A DNA stretch of 63,649 nucleotides, filler included, from Reclinomonas americana ATCC 50394 (GCA_048213135.1; 15 parts of 15 records of this genome joined end to end with filler, not necessarily neighbours in it), one strand, 5' to 3'; positions 8,880 through 21,383 are shown, numbered from the whole stretch's first letter. Translations and numbers: made by a program. Notes: generated from the sequence alone by a model not told the origin.

Positions 8880-11800
8880 GACGCGACATGCCGCTCTCAC
8901 ACTCTCTCTCGCTCACTCTCGTCGTACACTTGTTGAACGTCGCAGTGGTGCTCCGTCCACGCCCCGCAGCCGCACACTGATCCAATCTGTGATTGCGTGG
9001 ATCCAATGCGCTGACGACAGCATCGGCGGTGCACGCGCTCACGATGTGCTCCCCGCCGACACGTGTGCTGCGCTGGTGCACACGCTGCAAGCGCGAATCG
9101 GCGACCCTCCTCCATCGTTGTTGGCGCACACACGTGCGGTGGATCGCCTCATTGCCCACTGGCGTGAAAGTGTGAATGTGCCGTGGGGCGCTGGCATCAA
9201 GGCAGCGATGATTCGTCGTGGACTCCAACCTCCTGCTGCTGCTGCTGCGGCCTCCTCGCAAGCGTCCACGCAGAACTATAGCTACGGCTTCGGCTACCGT
9301 CCTCCTCCACCGCCGCCAGAACCGGGAATGGAGACGCTGAAGGTCGACTGGAACTTTGCAGACTTGCTGGAGGCAGTCAGGTTTGTGTGTGTGTGCATCC
9401 ACCCACACTGCCACACACACCCACTCCTCGCGACTGACGTTGTGCGGTGACGAGCAGGAGTGGCTCACTGACTCGCGACGATGTGGCCGCGTTTCCGACA
9501 TCGTGCAGGCCGTCGCCGATCAATCAGGCGAACTCGTCAGCATCACCGCCTGTCGTTGTGACTCTCATGGTGGCGGCGGCGACTGGTTGCCCGAACGCGG
9601 TTGTGCAGTCGCTGCTTGAGGCAGTGGCGACTCCGGAAGAACGATCGCGCCTGTTGGAGAAGGTGTTCCATCTGGCGCTGATCAACGGGCACGTCACGCT
9701 GGTCAGTTGGTTGCTGGAGACGTACCCTGCGGTGAACCCCGGTTGTGCCAGTAACGCCCCGTTGCGGTTCGCTGCCAAGGTCGGCGACGCTGGCATGGTC
9801 GAGTGTCTGCTGCACGATCGTCGCGTGTATGCGGGCGATGACGACAACTTTGCTGTGCTGACGGCGGCGCAGTCGGGCCACGTGGAAGTGCTGCGCGTGC
9901 TGGTGCATTCTCCTGCCGTTTTCGTGGCCGTCGACAACAATCAGGCTTTCGTGCTGGCCTGTGCGAACGGCCACACGGAGACTGTTGACTTCCTGCTGCA
10001 ACTGGATGTGGTCGACCCCACCGTCAACAACAACCAGCCGCTGTACGAGGCCATCAAGATGTGTCGGACGGCGGTGGTGGAGCGGTTGCTGGCGTGCCCG
10101 CGAGTGCGTATTACAACTGCAGCGGCGCAACTCGCCGCCAGTCGTGAGAACCTGCTGCCGATGCTGCGCTTGGTGCTGCACGATTCACGAGTCGATGCGG
10201 AAATTGCTCGCAGTCTGCTGAGCGAGTCGCTGATCTCTGCCATCAAATCTAATCAAGCGCTGCTGTTGGCTGAGTTGCTTGCCGACGAGAGAGTGCGTGG
10301 CATGCGCGACGTGTGCACTGCTGGTCTGCGCGTTGCTGTCGAGCAAGGCTCGGTGGCCGCGTGTCGGGCACTGCTGGATCACGGTGTTGCGCAGCCCCAC
10401 GTCGGTTTCTCGGCGCTGACCAAGCTTCAGCCCCAGGCACCCGCAGCACCACCAACTACACAGGCGGCTGCGGGAAGATGGTCGTTACCGCGGCTACCGC
10501 CACCATCACCACCATCACCGCTTACATGGGCACCTCTTGTCGATGTGGCGACTGAACTGTTGGACATGCTTACGCGGGAGGAGAGGCACCGTGGGGCCAG
10601 CGAGGCCGACTTTCGACGAGTGTTTGACTGGTTGCTCGGAAAGTCGCGCGCCGATCGGATTCATCTGTTGCTCGAGCGCTCCATCGGAATGGGCGCAGTG
10701 CTGTGCAGCAACAACAACCACATTCTCCGAACCTGTGTCAGCAAGAACATGCTCCGCGAGGTCGCATTGCTGTTGGCCTCTGTCCCCGACTGTAATCCGG
10801 CAGCGGCCGACAATCAGGCCATCCGCATTGCAGCTGGCATGAGCCAGCCTGCCATGGCTGAGCTTCTGCTCCAGGATCCTCGAGTGGACCCTGCGGCCGC
10901 CAACAACGAGGCCATCCGTATCGCCGCCCGAATGGGCCATACCGCCGTGGCCGAGCTTCTGCTCCAGGATCGTCGAGTGAACCCTGCGGCCGTCAACAGC
11001 GAGGCGCTGCGGTTGGCTGTTCAGCAGAGTCACGTTCATGTTGTGACGATGTTGCTCCGAGATCGTCGAGTGGATCCTTCGGCTGTCGACAGCGAGGCGC
11101 TGCGGTGCGCTGCTCGCATGGGCCACATCGACATGGTGAAGCTTCTGCTCCAGGATCCTCGGGTGGACCCCTCGGCCGCAGACAACGAGGCGTTGCGATC
11201 GGCTGTTCAGGGCGGCCACGTTCGCTTGGTGGCGATGTTGCTGCGAGACCGGCGCGTGGATCCGAATGCCGCTCTGCAAGCGAATGCTCTCAGTGCGGCT
11301 CCGCAAAATGTTCAGGCCACCCTTGTCGAAATGCTGGTGGCGCGGCCCGGTTTGGACGCGTCGGTTGATAGCCTGAGGAGAACCATTGGTCTTTTGTGTG
11401 GTGCGAATGAGCGGAACCAAGTGAGTGCTATTGGTGTGACCGGTCGTCACGCGGCTGTGGTTGCTCGTTTGCTGTGCCGGCACGAGATGGTGGCGTCAGC
11501 TGCCAGCGCCCCCGCATCGGCAGACAGCTGGAAACCGCTCAAGTATCCGTATGCAGCGCCAACGACAGTGGCAACGTATGCCAAGACGCTGATTTGGATT
11601 CTGGAGGAGGCCAGCCGGGGTGCGCAGCCATCGAATCAATACTACCGGCCACCGCCGGCTCCTCCCGCGTGGCCTCTGCACAGTCAGCGATGGGCACCAC
11701 TGCAAGCCGTCCTGATTGCCTTCCCGGGCCACAACACTGACATTCGACGTGCCCTGGGGACTCCGAAGAAGATCCCAGCGTGGTTTGCAGAAGCGGTGAG

Positions 11801-12237
11801 ATGATGCTGACTGGTGGGTTCGCCGACGCAACGCTCCACCTGACATATCTACGCCTGCCGTGTACGTACTACAGCTCAAGCAGTGGCTGAAGGATGCTCG
11901 CAGCATCTTCGGCAACACCGCCAGCAGGAGGTACGCGGCTGGCCGTTCCGTGGAGTGGGCGCTGCCGGATGGCGACCCGCGACCTCTGGTGACACTCTAC
12001 CACCAACTGCACGACCCGAAACGGCTGCGCGATGTGTACCGCCTGTTTGTTCCCGAAGTGCAGGAGTGCCCGATCGTGTCGGCGATGCGCGGAGTGCTGC
12101 AGGGCTTGTCGCACGATGTGCTGCATCGAGTCTGCTTGGTGAAACTATACGCCCGGGTGCTGGCACCGCGCTTGGTTGCCGCTGGTTGTCCCGCGTTGCC
12201 AGAAGAGTTGTGGTTCTACATTGCCAACTTTGTTTGA
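8837..12237 (+). CDS. Ankyrin-repeat protein with C-terminal F-box-like motif, family B copy 2 (exons 8837-8844, 8946-9380, 9458-11795, 11875-12237)
   Basis: Same exon structure as B1. It has five 31-aa repeats in the second array and ends PALPEELWFYIANFV*. Confidence 0.85.
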
Positions 12238-12639
12238 GTGGCGTTTTTTTCAACAACAACAACAATTCATTCACCAACAAACAAATGAAGAATCGAAGTT
12301 TACGGTCTACAGAAGACTTTGTCCACTCAATCCAGGGGGGGTGTAGGTCGGTGTATTAATACTTGAAAAGAAATAATGCCCGGCATTCCGAAGCAAAAAA
12401 AAATAATGCTGGTCGAGAAAAACATAGAATGCCTCGCTGTAAAGTGCCTAGAAACGGCAGGAAACGTGGTTCAAATTCGAAGCGGCTGCCTTTTTGTGCC
12501 TAGTATGAACGTGTTGGGGGACCTGACGCAGCAGCTACGTAGGTGACCAGGTTCTACAAGCGCCCGCTGTCCGAGGACAGTCGACAAGTTGGCTTTGGGG
12601 AGAAACAAAGCGTCGAAGTTCACAAGTCAATCTGTCTGA

Positions 12640-12739
12640 NNNNNNNNNNNNNNNNNNNNNNNNNNNNNNNNNNNNNNNNNNNNTTAATTAATTAANNNNN
12701 NNNNNNNNNNNNNNNNNNNNNNNNNNNNNNNNNNNNNNN
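12640..12739. other. Artificial scaffold spacer N-TTAATTAATTAA-N (also at ~16185, 18518, 26024, 28661, 32670, 35322, 36998, 41702, 43199, 44994, 49373, 57234, 61776)
   Basis: An identical 12-mer giving stops in all six frames sits centred in N runs, about 100 nt in total, at every gap. Confidence 0.97.
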
Positions 12740-12761
12740 TCTCTGTCGTTTCTTCTCTTGT

Positions 12762-12813
<52 letters not shown>

Positions 12814-13069
12814 CTGTCTGTCTGCCTGCGCTGTCTTATTCTCGTCGCTCATCGATCGATCGCGATCAATGAATGGTGCAATTGTGAAACCCTCGACTGC
12901 CACGACGTCGACACGAATACGAAGCACGCTCGAAAGAAGGAGAAACACATCGGGATCAGAACAGCGACATAAAACAAGAGGAGACAGCGACGTCGACAAT
13001 CCCAGCAGACAATAGTCCTGCACAATTCTCACACGTTAACTCGCACGCAAGAGCAGGATGATCAGCAGG

Positions 13070-14191
13070 ATGGCAACCGTGATGGTATGTGTGTGTGCAC
13101 CTGTATGCTCCCCACTATGCGCCTCATTCTGCATCTTTAAGACATTGGAGGGACGCAGAAGTGGAGTGTGGTGTGTCGCCGTCACTCCCGACGGTCTTCA
13201 CGCTGTCAGCGGGAATCACGACAACACCGTGCGAGTGTGGTCACTCGCCACTGGAGAAGAGGTGCGGCGGATGGAGGAGGCGCACTCCGATCCAGTGCTC
13301 GCTGTAGCCGTCACTCCCGACAGTCAACACGTGATCAGTGGTGGCGTCGGTGAAACAGTGCGAGTGTGGTCACTGGCGAGCGGGGAGGAAGTGTGGCGCT
13401 TGGAGGGAGATGCTGGGGCGGTGAGGACAGTTGCTGTCACCCCTGATGGTCAGCATGTCGTGAGTGGGAGCTCTAAGGGCAACGTGTTTGTCTGGTCGCT
13501 GGTGAGCGGTAAGGAAGTGAGACGCTTGGAGGGACACACTGGGGAAATTTTCTCCATCACCGTCACTCCCGACGGCCAGCACATAGTGAGCGGGAGCACT
13601 GATAGCACAGTGAGAGTGTGGTCTCTGGCGAGTGGTGAAGAGGTGCGACGGTTGGAGGGGCACAAAGAGGCAGTGCTTTCCGTCGCTGTTACTCCCGACA
13701 GCCAGTATGCTATGAGTACTGATGACACGACAGTACGAGTGTGGTCCCTCGCGAGCGGCGAGGAGGTGCGACGGTTTGAAGGGCACACTGAGGCTGTTTC
13801 CGCTGTTGCTGTCACTCCCGATGGGCAGTACATTGTGAGTGCGAGCGGCAGAACTTTGCAGGTGTGGTCTGCGGTGACCGGGGAAGAGGTGCGACGGTTG
13901 GAGGGTCACGCTGCATCTGTGACGTCCGTCGCTGTCACTCCCGATGGTGAGCGAATCGTGAGCGGCGGCTGGGACCAGACCGTGCGTGTTTGGTTCTCGT
14001 CGAGTGGCCTCGCGCGGCAAGAGTTATCGGCAGCACGACTGGCCTTGCTGGCCGTGCAGGAGATGCAAGAGGAGGCGGGCGAAGAGGGGCAGGTCGATTC
14101 GCGATGCCTTCCGGAGATGGTGCTGCGCTGTTTCATTGTCGAGGATGCAGAGGTGGTGCTGCATCGACACCGAGCGGATCCGTTTTGGTGA
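13070..14191 (+). CDS. WD40-repeat protein copy 1 (7 repeats + conserved C-terminal tail)
   Basis: Micro-exon MATVM, intron 13085-13141, then seven LEGHxxxVxxVAVTPDGxxxxSGxxDxTVRVW-type repeats. Tail is VDSRCLPEMVLRCFIVEDAEVVL...DPFW*. Confidence 0.88.
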   Translation: MATVMVCVCAPVCSPLCASFCIFKTLEGRRSGVWCVAVTPDGLHAVSGNHDNTVRVWSLATGEEVRRMEEAHSDPVLAVAVTPDSQHVISGGVGETVRVWSLASGEEVWRLEGDAGAVRTVAVTPDGQHVVSGSSKGNVFVWSLVSGKEVRRLEGHTGEIFSITVTPDGQHIVSGSTDSTVRVWSLASGEEVRRLEGHKEAVLSVAVTPDSQYAMSTDDTTVRVWSLASGEEVRRFEGHTEAVSAVAVTPDGQYIVSASGRTLQVWSAVTGEEVRRLEGHAASVTSVAVTPDGERIVSGGWDQTVRVWFSSSGLARQELSAARLALLAVQEMQEEAGEEGQVDSRCLPEMVLRCFIVEDAEVVLHRHRADPFW

Positions 14192-14507
14192 GAGGAGAGT
14201 CCCCTCTCATCCGGGCAAGGGTGTGTGGAGAAAGGTCTCTGTCATCCTCTGCTGTTTCATGCTTCCTTTTCTTTTCTGTCTGTTCTGTCTGCCTGTCTGT
14301 CTCTCGCTCTCGATCGCTCTTGTCAGTGTGTTGTCTGACTCTTTCTTGTCTCTTCCTCGTCGCTCATCGATCAATAAACGCTGGCTGTCAACACGAGCAT
14401 AGACTGCACTCGATGGAGCGTCTTGGGTGGAGAACTTCACGGAAGTGTCGACAGAAAAGCGACGGCGATACAGTCCTGTGCATCCTCTCCAGCTCTCACA
14501 CTGACGA

Positions 14508-15688
14508 ATGACCACCGTGAGGGTTTGTCTGCGTTCCTCCATGTGCACCCCACCATGCGCCTCACTGTTTGCGTACAGGTGTTGGAGGGACACACTGGTG
14601 CGGTGAGTTGCATCGCCATCACTCCCGACGGTCGCCATTTTATCAGCGCAAGTCTCGACTCCATCATTCGAGTGTGGTGTGTGGCGAGTGGAGAGCAAGT
14701 GCGTCAGTTGGAGGGACACGCCAACTGGGTGTTCTCTGTCGTCGTCACACCCGACGGACGGCATGCTGTGAGTGCAAGCCAAGACGCATGTGTGCTAGTG
14801 TGGTCACTGGCAAGTGGCAGGGAAGTGCGACGGATGGAGGGGCACACTGCGAGAGTGTGGTCAGTGGCTGTCACTCCCGACGGTCAGCACGTCGTGAGTG
14901 GTAGTGGTGACGGAACAGTGCGTGTGTGGTCACTGGCGAGCGGGAAGGAGGTGCGACGCTTGGAGGGGCACCACGGGGAGGTTATCTCGGTCGCCATTAC
15001 ACCCGACGGGCGACACATCCTGAGTGGCGGTGGCTTTCGAGATTCTACCATTCGTGTGTGGTCGCTGGCGACTGGAGAGAAAGTGCGGTGGTTAGAGGGG
15101 CACCGTGAGGCGGTGCTTTCCGTCGCGGTTACTGCCGACGGGCAGCACGTTGTGAGCGGCGGTGGAGACATGACCGTGCGCGTGTGGTCACTGGAGATTG
15201 GCGAGGAGGTGCGACGAATGGTCGGCCACACGAATTTGGTGTGGTTTGTCGTCGTCACTCCCGACCAGCAGCATGTGGTGAGCGGCAGTCACGACAGGAC
15301 TGTGCGCGTGTGGTCGCTGGCAACGGGGGAGGAGGTGCGACGGTTGGAGGGGCACACTGATGAGGTGCAGTGCGTCGCCGTCACCCCGGACGGCGAGCAC
15401 ATCCTCAGTGGCAGCGCCGACACGACCGTGCGAGTGTGGTCGTCGCCGTGCGGCCTCGCCAGGAGCGAGTTGTCGGCAGCGCGACAGGCCATGCAAGTGG
15501 TGCGGGAGATGCAGCTGCAGGAGAAGGAGGAAGGAGAAGGAGAGCTCGAGGGGAAGGAGGAAGAAGGAGAAGAAGATCTAGAGGAGCAGGTCGACTCGCG
15601 GTGCCTTCCAGAGATGGTACTGCGCTGTTTTATCGTCGAGGATGCGGAGTTCGTGTTGTATCGACGTCTTGCGGGTCCGCTGTGGTGA
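14508..15688 (+). CDS. WD40-repeat protein copy 2
   Basis: Micro-exon MTTVR, GTTTGT..TACAG intron, seven WD40 repeats, and the same tail with a longer acidic linker. Confidence 0.88.
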
Positions 15689-16050
15689 CAGGAGGGAAAC
15701 TCCCTTCTCTGTTGCGTACACGATGAGCGTGCAGGTGCCTTGAGAGGACCATGTCACGAGGATGCGGAGGTCGTGTTGTATCGACGTCTTGCAGGTGAGA
15801 GGAGGGAGACTCCTTTCTCTTGCTGCGTGCACGATGACCGTGCAGTTGCCTGGAGAGGACCTGTCGCGAGGATGCGGAAGATGTTTTGCATCGATGCTGT
15901 GCGGGTCCGTGTGGGTTGGTGAGAGGAGGGAGACTCGCTCCCTCTTGTTGCGTGCACGATGAGCGTGCAGGTGCCTGGAGAGGTGTCACGAGGATGCGGA
16001 AGTCGAATTACATCGATGCTGTGCGGGTCCGTGTTGGTGAGAGGAGACTC
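15638..16050 (+). repeat. Degenerate ~110-120 bp tandem copies of the 3' end of WD40 copy 2
   Basis: The motif gaggatgcgga...atcga..t.tgcgggtccg recurs at about 15638, 15758, 15868 and 15990. Confidence 0.8.
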
Positions 16051-16342
16051 CTCTCTACACTTTGTGCAGACGTTTGGAAAGGACCCTGTTGCCCTTTTTG
16101 CATTCTGCAGTCTGCCTGTCTCTCTTTTTCTTCCTCCATCTTCTTCTTCTTCTTCTTCTTCTTCTTCTTCTCCTCCTCCTCCTCNNNNNNNNNNNNNNNN
16201 NNNNNNNNNNNNNNNNNNNNNNNNNNNNTTAATTAATTAANNNNNNNNNNNNNNNNNNNNNNNNNNNNNNNNNNNNNNNNNNNNCGTTCGTTCGTCGTAC
16301 GTACGTACGTACGTACGTTACCGTTCGTTCGTTCTTCTCTCG

Positions 16343-16373
<31 letters not shown>

Positions 16374-16758
16374 TCTCTTCTCTCTCTTCTTCTCTTCTTC
16401 TCCTCCTCCTCCTCCTCCTCCTCCTCCTCCTCCTCCTCCTCCTCCTCCTCCTCCTCCTCCTCCTCTTATTAGTATTCTGTCTGTCTCTGTTTTGTCTGCC
16501 TGCCTGCCTGTCTTGCGTCTGTTTGTCTGCTTATTTGTTTCTCTCTTCCTTTTCTCTTCCTCGTCGCCCATCGAGTGCAAGTAAACAGCACTTAGAATAA
16601 CGCTTCAGTTGGCTGAAGGAAGCCCTCGACGATCACGTCTTCGACGCGAGGAGAGAGTACGCACACTTAATGAAGGCAGAACTCCATACAAGAAACGTCA
16701 ACAGTCCTGCAGCCAATTACACTTACGTACGTATCACTGTCACGCACGCACGAGGAAG

Positions 16759-17905
16759 ATGGCTGCTGATAAGGTGTGTTTGTTAGCGTGTGCGTGTGCC
16801 TTCCTCACTCTACAACTCACATGCGCGTCACACACAGGTGCTGAAAGGACACCTCCGTGGTGTGTGGTCGGTCGCCATCACTCCCGACGGTCTGCACGCA
16901 ATCAGTGGCGGCGACGACACGTCTGTGCGAGTGTGGTCACTTGCCAGTCTAGCAGAAGTGCAGCGTTTCAAGGGACACACGAGTTCAGTGCACTCTGTTG
17001 CCGTCACACCCGACGGACGACACGTGATCAGTGGAAGTCAAGACTCCACTGTGCGTGTGTGGTCACTGGCGAGCGGGAAAGAGGTGCGGCGCATGGACAA
17101 CGATTTTTTCCCGGTGAGGGCAGTTGCTGTCACACCCGACGGTGTGCATGTTGTGAGCGGGGATGAAGATGATGGCATTGTGCGAGTGCGGTCGCTGGCC
17201 ACTGGTAAGCAAGTGCGACGGTTGGAGGGGCACGCTGGGACAGTGTGGAGCGTCGCCATTACTCCCGATGGCCAGCACATTGTCAGTGGAGGTGATGACG
17301 GCACGGTGAGAGTGTGGTCGCTGGCGAGTGGAGAGGAGGTGCGACGATTGGAAGGGCACACAGACAATGTGCGCTCGGTGGCGGTCTCTCTCAACGGTCA
17401 GTACATTGCGAGTGCGAGTCATGATGAGACAGTGAGGGTGTGGTCGCTGGCGAGTGGAGAAGAGATTCGGTGCTTTGAGACGCCCAATGTCTGGGCGTTG
17501 TGTGTCGCTTTCACGCCCGATGGGCAGCACATTGTGAGCGGGGGTGGAGACGACAGAGTGCGCGTGTGGTCGCTGGCGACTGGCGCAGAGGTACGACGGC
17601 TGGAGGGACACAAAGAGTGGGTGATGTCTGTCGTCGTCACACCCGATGGCGAGCACATCCTCAGTGGCAGCTGGGACACGGCTATCCGAGTGTGGTCCTC
17701 GCCGAGTGGCCTCGCCAGGCAGGAGCTCGACGGCGCGCAGATGGCCATGCGTGTGGTGCAGGAGATGCAGCTGCAGGAGAAGGGTGATGAGGGCGAAGAC
17801 GAGAAGGTGGATTCGCGTTGCCTGCCGGAGATGGTGCTGCGTTGTTTCATCGTCGAGGATGCGGAAGTGGTGCTGTATCGAAGCCGTGCAGATCCGCTGT
17901 GGTGA
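16759..17905 (+). CDS. WD40-repeat protein copy 3
   Basis: Micro-exon MAADK, GTGTGT..ACAG intron, seven repeats, conserved tail ending ADPLW*. Confidence 0.88.
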
Positions 17906-18198
17906 GAGGAATGCAGGGAAGGCGCATGTCTGCTGCCTGCAGTCTCATTCTGTTTGCCTGTCTGTATGTCTGTATCTCTGTCTGCTGCCTGCAAGTTTCT
18001 TTCTTTCTCTTCTGTCTGTCTGTTTGTTCTCTATTCCATGTCTTTTCTTCGTCGCTCGTCGAGTGCAAGTAAACCGCTGTCCTTGACGATCACAACATCG
18101 ACACATGCACGAGGAAGTTCATGCAGGGTGCAGAACTTGAAAACGTCGACAGTCCTGCACGTGCACGCAATCACTCCGTCACACAACGAAGCGAGAAG

Positions 18199-19508
18199 AT
18201 GATGCCACCTGTGAGTATGCGTGTTTGTGTGTGAGAGGAGGGACCAATGCAGAGGTTGCTTCTTCTCTCGCTTGCGTGCACACTATTCCTCCCTCTCTGT
18301 CTCTCTCTCTCTCACTCGTGAGCCTCACTCACTGCGAACCTCGCAGCCACTGGAGGGCCACACTAATGGAGTGTGGTCTGTCGCCGTCACTCCCGACGGT
18401 CTGCATGCGGTCAGCGGCAGTGTCGACAAGACTGTGCGAGTGTGGTCACTTGCAAGCGGGGAAGAGGTGCGCCGGTTGCAGAGACACTCGGGTCCTGTTC
18501 TCTCTGTCGCCGTCTCGNNNNNNNNNNNNNNNNNNNNNNNNNNNNNNNNNNNNNNNNNNNNTTAATTAATTAANNNNNNNNNNNNNNNNNNNNNNNNNNN
18601 NNNNNNNNNNNNNNNNNCCCAATGGCCAGCACATTGTGAGCGGCAGTGCTGACAAGACAGTACGCGTGTGGGATATGGCCAGTGGAGAACAGATGCGACG
18701 ATGGAAGCGACACACTGGGTGGGTGTGGTCTGTTGCGGTCACTCCGGATGGCCGGCATGTCGTGAGCGGGAGTGATGACGGGACGGTGCGAGTGTGGTCG
18801 ATGGAGAGCACGAAACAAGTGCGGCTGTTGGAGGACCACACTCAGACGGTGCGCTCTGTCGCCGTCTCCCCGGATGGGGAGCACATTGTGAGTGGCGGTG
18901 GCCTTCTCCATGATCACGAGATTCGTGTGTGGTCGTTGGCCACTGGAGAAACGTTGCGACGGTTGGTGGGGCACACAGCTACGGTTCTTTTCGTCACCGT
19001 CACTCCCGATGGTCACCATATCGTGAGCGGGGGTGGTGACAAAACGGTGCGTGTGTGGTCGCTGGCGAGTGGCGACGAGGTGCGGCGATTCGACTGGCAC
19101 ACTGAATGGGTGTTCTCTGTCGTTATCACTGCGGACGGTCGACACATAGTCACCGGCAGTCAAGACAAAACCGTGAGAGTGTGGTCGGTGGCGACGGGGG
19201 AGGAGGCACGACGTTTGGAAGGTCACACTCAAGCGGTAATGTCTGTCGCCGTCACCCCCGACGGCGAGCACATTCTCAGTGGCGGCGCAGACATGACCGT
19301 CCGAGTGTGGTTCACACCGTGCGGCCTCGCGCGGGAGGAGCTCGATGGCGCGCGAATGGCCATGCATGCCGTGCAGGAGATGATGGAGGAGGAAGAAGAA
19401 GAGGAAAAGGTGGATTCGCGATGCCTGCCGGAGATGGTGCTGCGTTGTTTCATTGTGGAGGAGGCCGAGGTCTTGCTAAATAGACGCGTTGTTGATCCTT
19501 TCCGATGA
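18199..19508 (+). CDS. WD40-repeat protein copy 4 (spans an artificial spacer)
   Basis: Micro-exon MMPP and a GTGAGT..GCAG intron. The coding sequence ...VAVS|PNGQHIVSG joins directly across the 18518-18617 spacer and matches copy 5 VAVSPDGQHIV. Seven repeats. Confidence 0.85.
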
Positions 19509-19749
19509 GAGGAATGCGCGCACGGGAAAAACGCTGCACAACTTTTGTTGTTTTCTGTCTGTATATAGGTCTCCTCTTGGTCTCTTCCTTCCGTGCAAAG
19601 TAAACAGCACAGATCATTCACGGTGCAGAGAGTGCAGACCTGAGTGAAGTCGAGCTCAAGGTGGAGCATAGAAACGCGAGAAGAATGCAACGTCGACAGT
19701 CCTGCCTAACTCACTCACACTCATTTGTCGACTCGCACGCGAAACAAGG

Positions 19750-19849
19750 ATGACAACTACGATGGTATGCGTGTGTGTATGTGTGTGAGAGAGAAAAATG
19801 AAGAATGATCCATGCAGAGGTTGCGTGCACAACGCACCAGCTCACTTCC

Positions 19850-19880
<31 letters not shown>

Positions 19881-20972
19881 TGCTAACACACTGTTACAAC
19901 TCGCTGCTTGCGTCACGCACAGGTGCTGGAGGGCCACACTTATGGAGTGTGGTCTGTCGCCATCACTGGCGACAGTCTGCATGCGGTCAGCGGCGGTGCC
20001 GACAAGACTGTGCGAGTGTGGTCACTCGTGAGTGGAGCACAAGTGCGACTGCTGGAGATACGCACAGGTCCGGTGCTCTGCGTTGCCGTCTCGCCCGATG
20101 GCCAACACATTGTGTGTGGCGGTGCGGACAAGACAGTGCGCGTGTGGGATATGGCCAGCGGAAGACTGATGCGACGATGGGGGCGACACGCTGCTTCGGT
20201 GCGGTCTGTCGCGGTCACTGCAGATGGCCGGCACGTCGTGAGCGCGAGTGATGACAGGACGGTGCGAGTGTGGTCGATGGAGAGCACGAAACAAGTGCGA
20301 CGCTTGGAAGGACACACGCAGGCAGTGCACTCTGTCGCCATCACTCCGGATGGGGAGCGCGTTGTGAGTGGCGGTAGCCTGTGTGATAACAAAATTCGAC
20401 TGTGGTCATTGGCCAGCGGAGAACAGGTGCGACGGTTGGTGGGGCACACACATTCGGTGCTCTCCGTCGCCATTTCTACCGATGGTCGCTATGTAGTGAG
20501 CGGGGGTGGTGATCGGACGGTGCGAATGTGGTCACTCGTGAGCGGCAAGGAAGTGCGGCGGTTCGAAGGGCACACTGAGTCGGTGCTATCGGTCGCTGTC
20601 ACTCCCGATGGTCGACACGTTGTGAGCGGCAGTCTGGACGAAACTGTGAGAGTGTGGTCGGTGGCGTCTGGGGAGGAGGTGCGACGTTTGGAGGGACATG
20701 CGAGTGCTGTGTCGTCAGTCGCTGTCACTCCCGATGGTGAGCGCATCGTGAGCGGCAGCTGGGACGCGACACTCCGAGTGTGGTCCACGCCGTGCGGCCT
20801 CGCGCGGGAGGAGCTTCGTGTGGCACGAGTGGCCATGTGCGCCGTGAGGGAGATGCTGGAGGAGAGCGAGGAGGAAGAGGTGGATTCGCGGTGCCTGCCG
20901 GAATTGGTGCTGCGTTGCTTCATTGTGAAGGATTCAGAGGTAGTGGTGTACAGGTGGCTCGCAGATGCGTGA
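19750..20972 (+). CDS. WD40-repeat protein copy 5
   Basis: Micro-exon MTTTM, GTATGC..ACAG intron, seven repeats, tail VDSRCLPELVLRCFIV. It is the closest paralog of copy 4 (shared DMASG and SMESTKQVR). Confidence 0.88.
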
Positions 20973-21383
20973 CCGCTTGATTATGGTCGTCGACGTCGCT
21001 TGTCGAATGCAAGTAAATGACTCGGATCATGGCATAGAGTACGCTTGAATGAAGGGCATGTATGCAGAATGCAGAACGTGAGAGTGGCAACAGCAAAAGT
21101 GGGGAGAATGCACAGACGTCGGTCCCCATCGTTTCGATATGCTGCGGAGTGTATGCCGTCTCGCTTCTACGCTGGTGTGTGTGTCGCACTGCCATTTGCC
21201 GTCGTCTTCAATACCCCGCGCCTCACTCTGTGTCTGTCCTCACAGACAACGCCCCGTGTGTTCCCGACGTCGCGCCGACCTTTTTCTGATGTTGGTGAGT
21301 CTCACTGCGTCATTCGCCTCTCTCACGTGCCATCTCACCTTGCATACAATAGCCACCTCGCCGACGCTCTTCTTTGCATCCAA

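Larger units (their letters stand above)
1399..12237. repeat. Tandem segmental duplication of the head-to-head A/B ankyrin gene pair (units ~1399-7117 and ~7248-12237)
   Basis: The intergenic, intron and exon sequences are near-identical between ~3230-3960 and ~8735-9480, and between ~6550-7090 and ~11670-12210. Confidence 0.9.

Noticed and set aside
1..12237. Endogenous giant-virus insertion as the source of the ankyrin cluster
   Set aside because: There are no viral hallmark genes, composition looks host-like, and family B has spliceosomal introns. An ancient origin of the repeats alone remains open.
12440..12500. tRNA or Pol III gene (GGTTCAAATTC followed by TTTTT)
   Set aside because: No A box or cloverleaf could be folded by eye.
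12685..12696. TTAATTAATTAA palindrome as a biological element (e.g. piggyBac target site)
   Set aside because: It is always centred in N runs of constant total length. WD40 copy 4 reads seamlessly across one, so it is an artificial linker.
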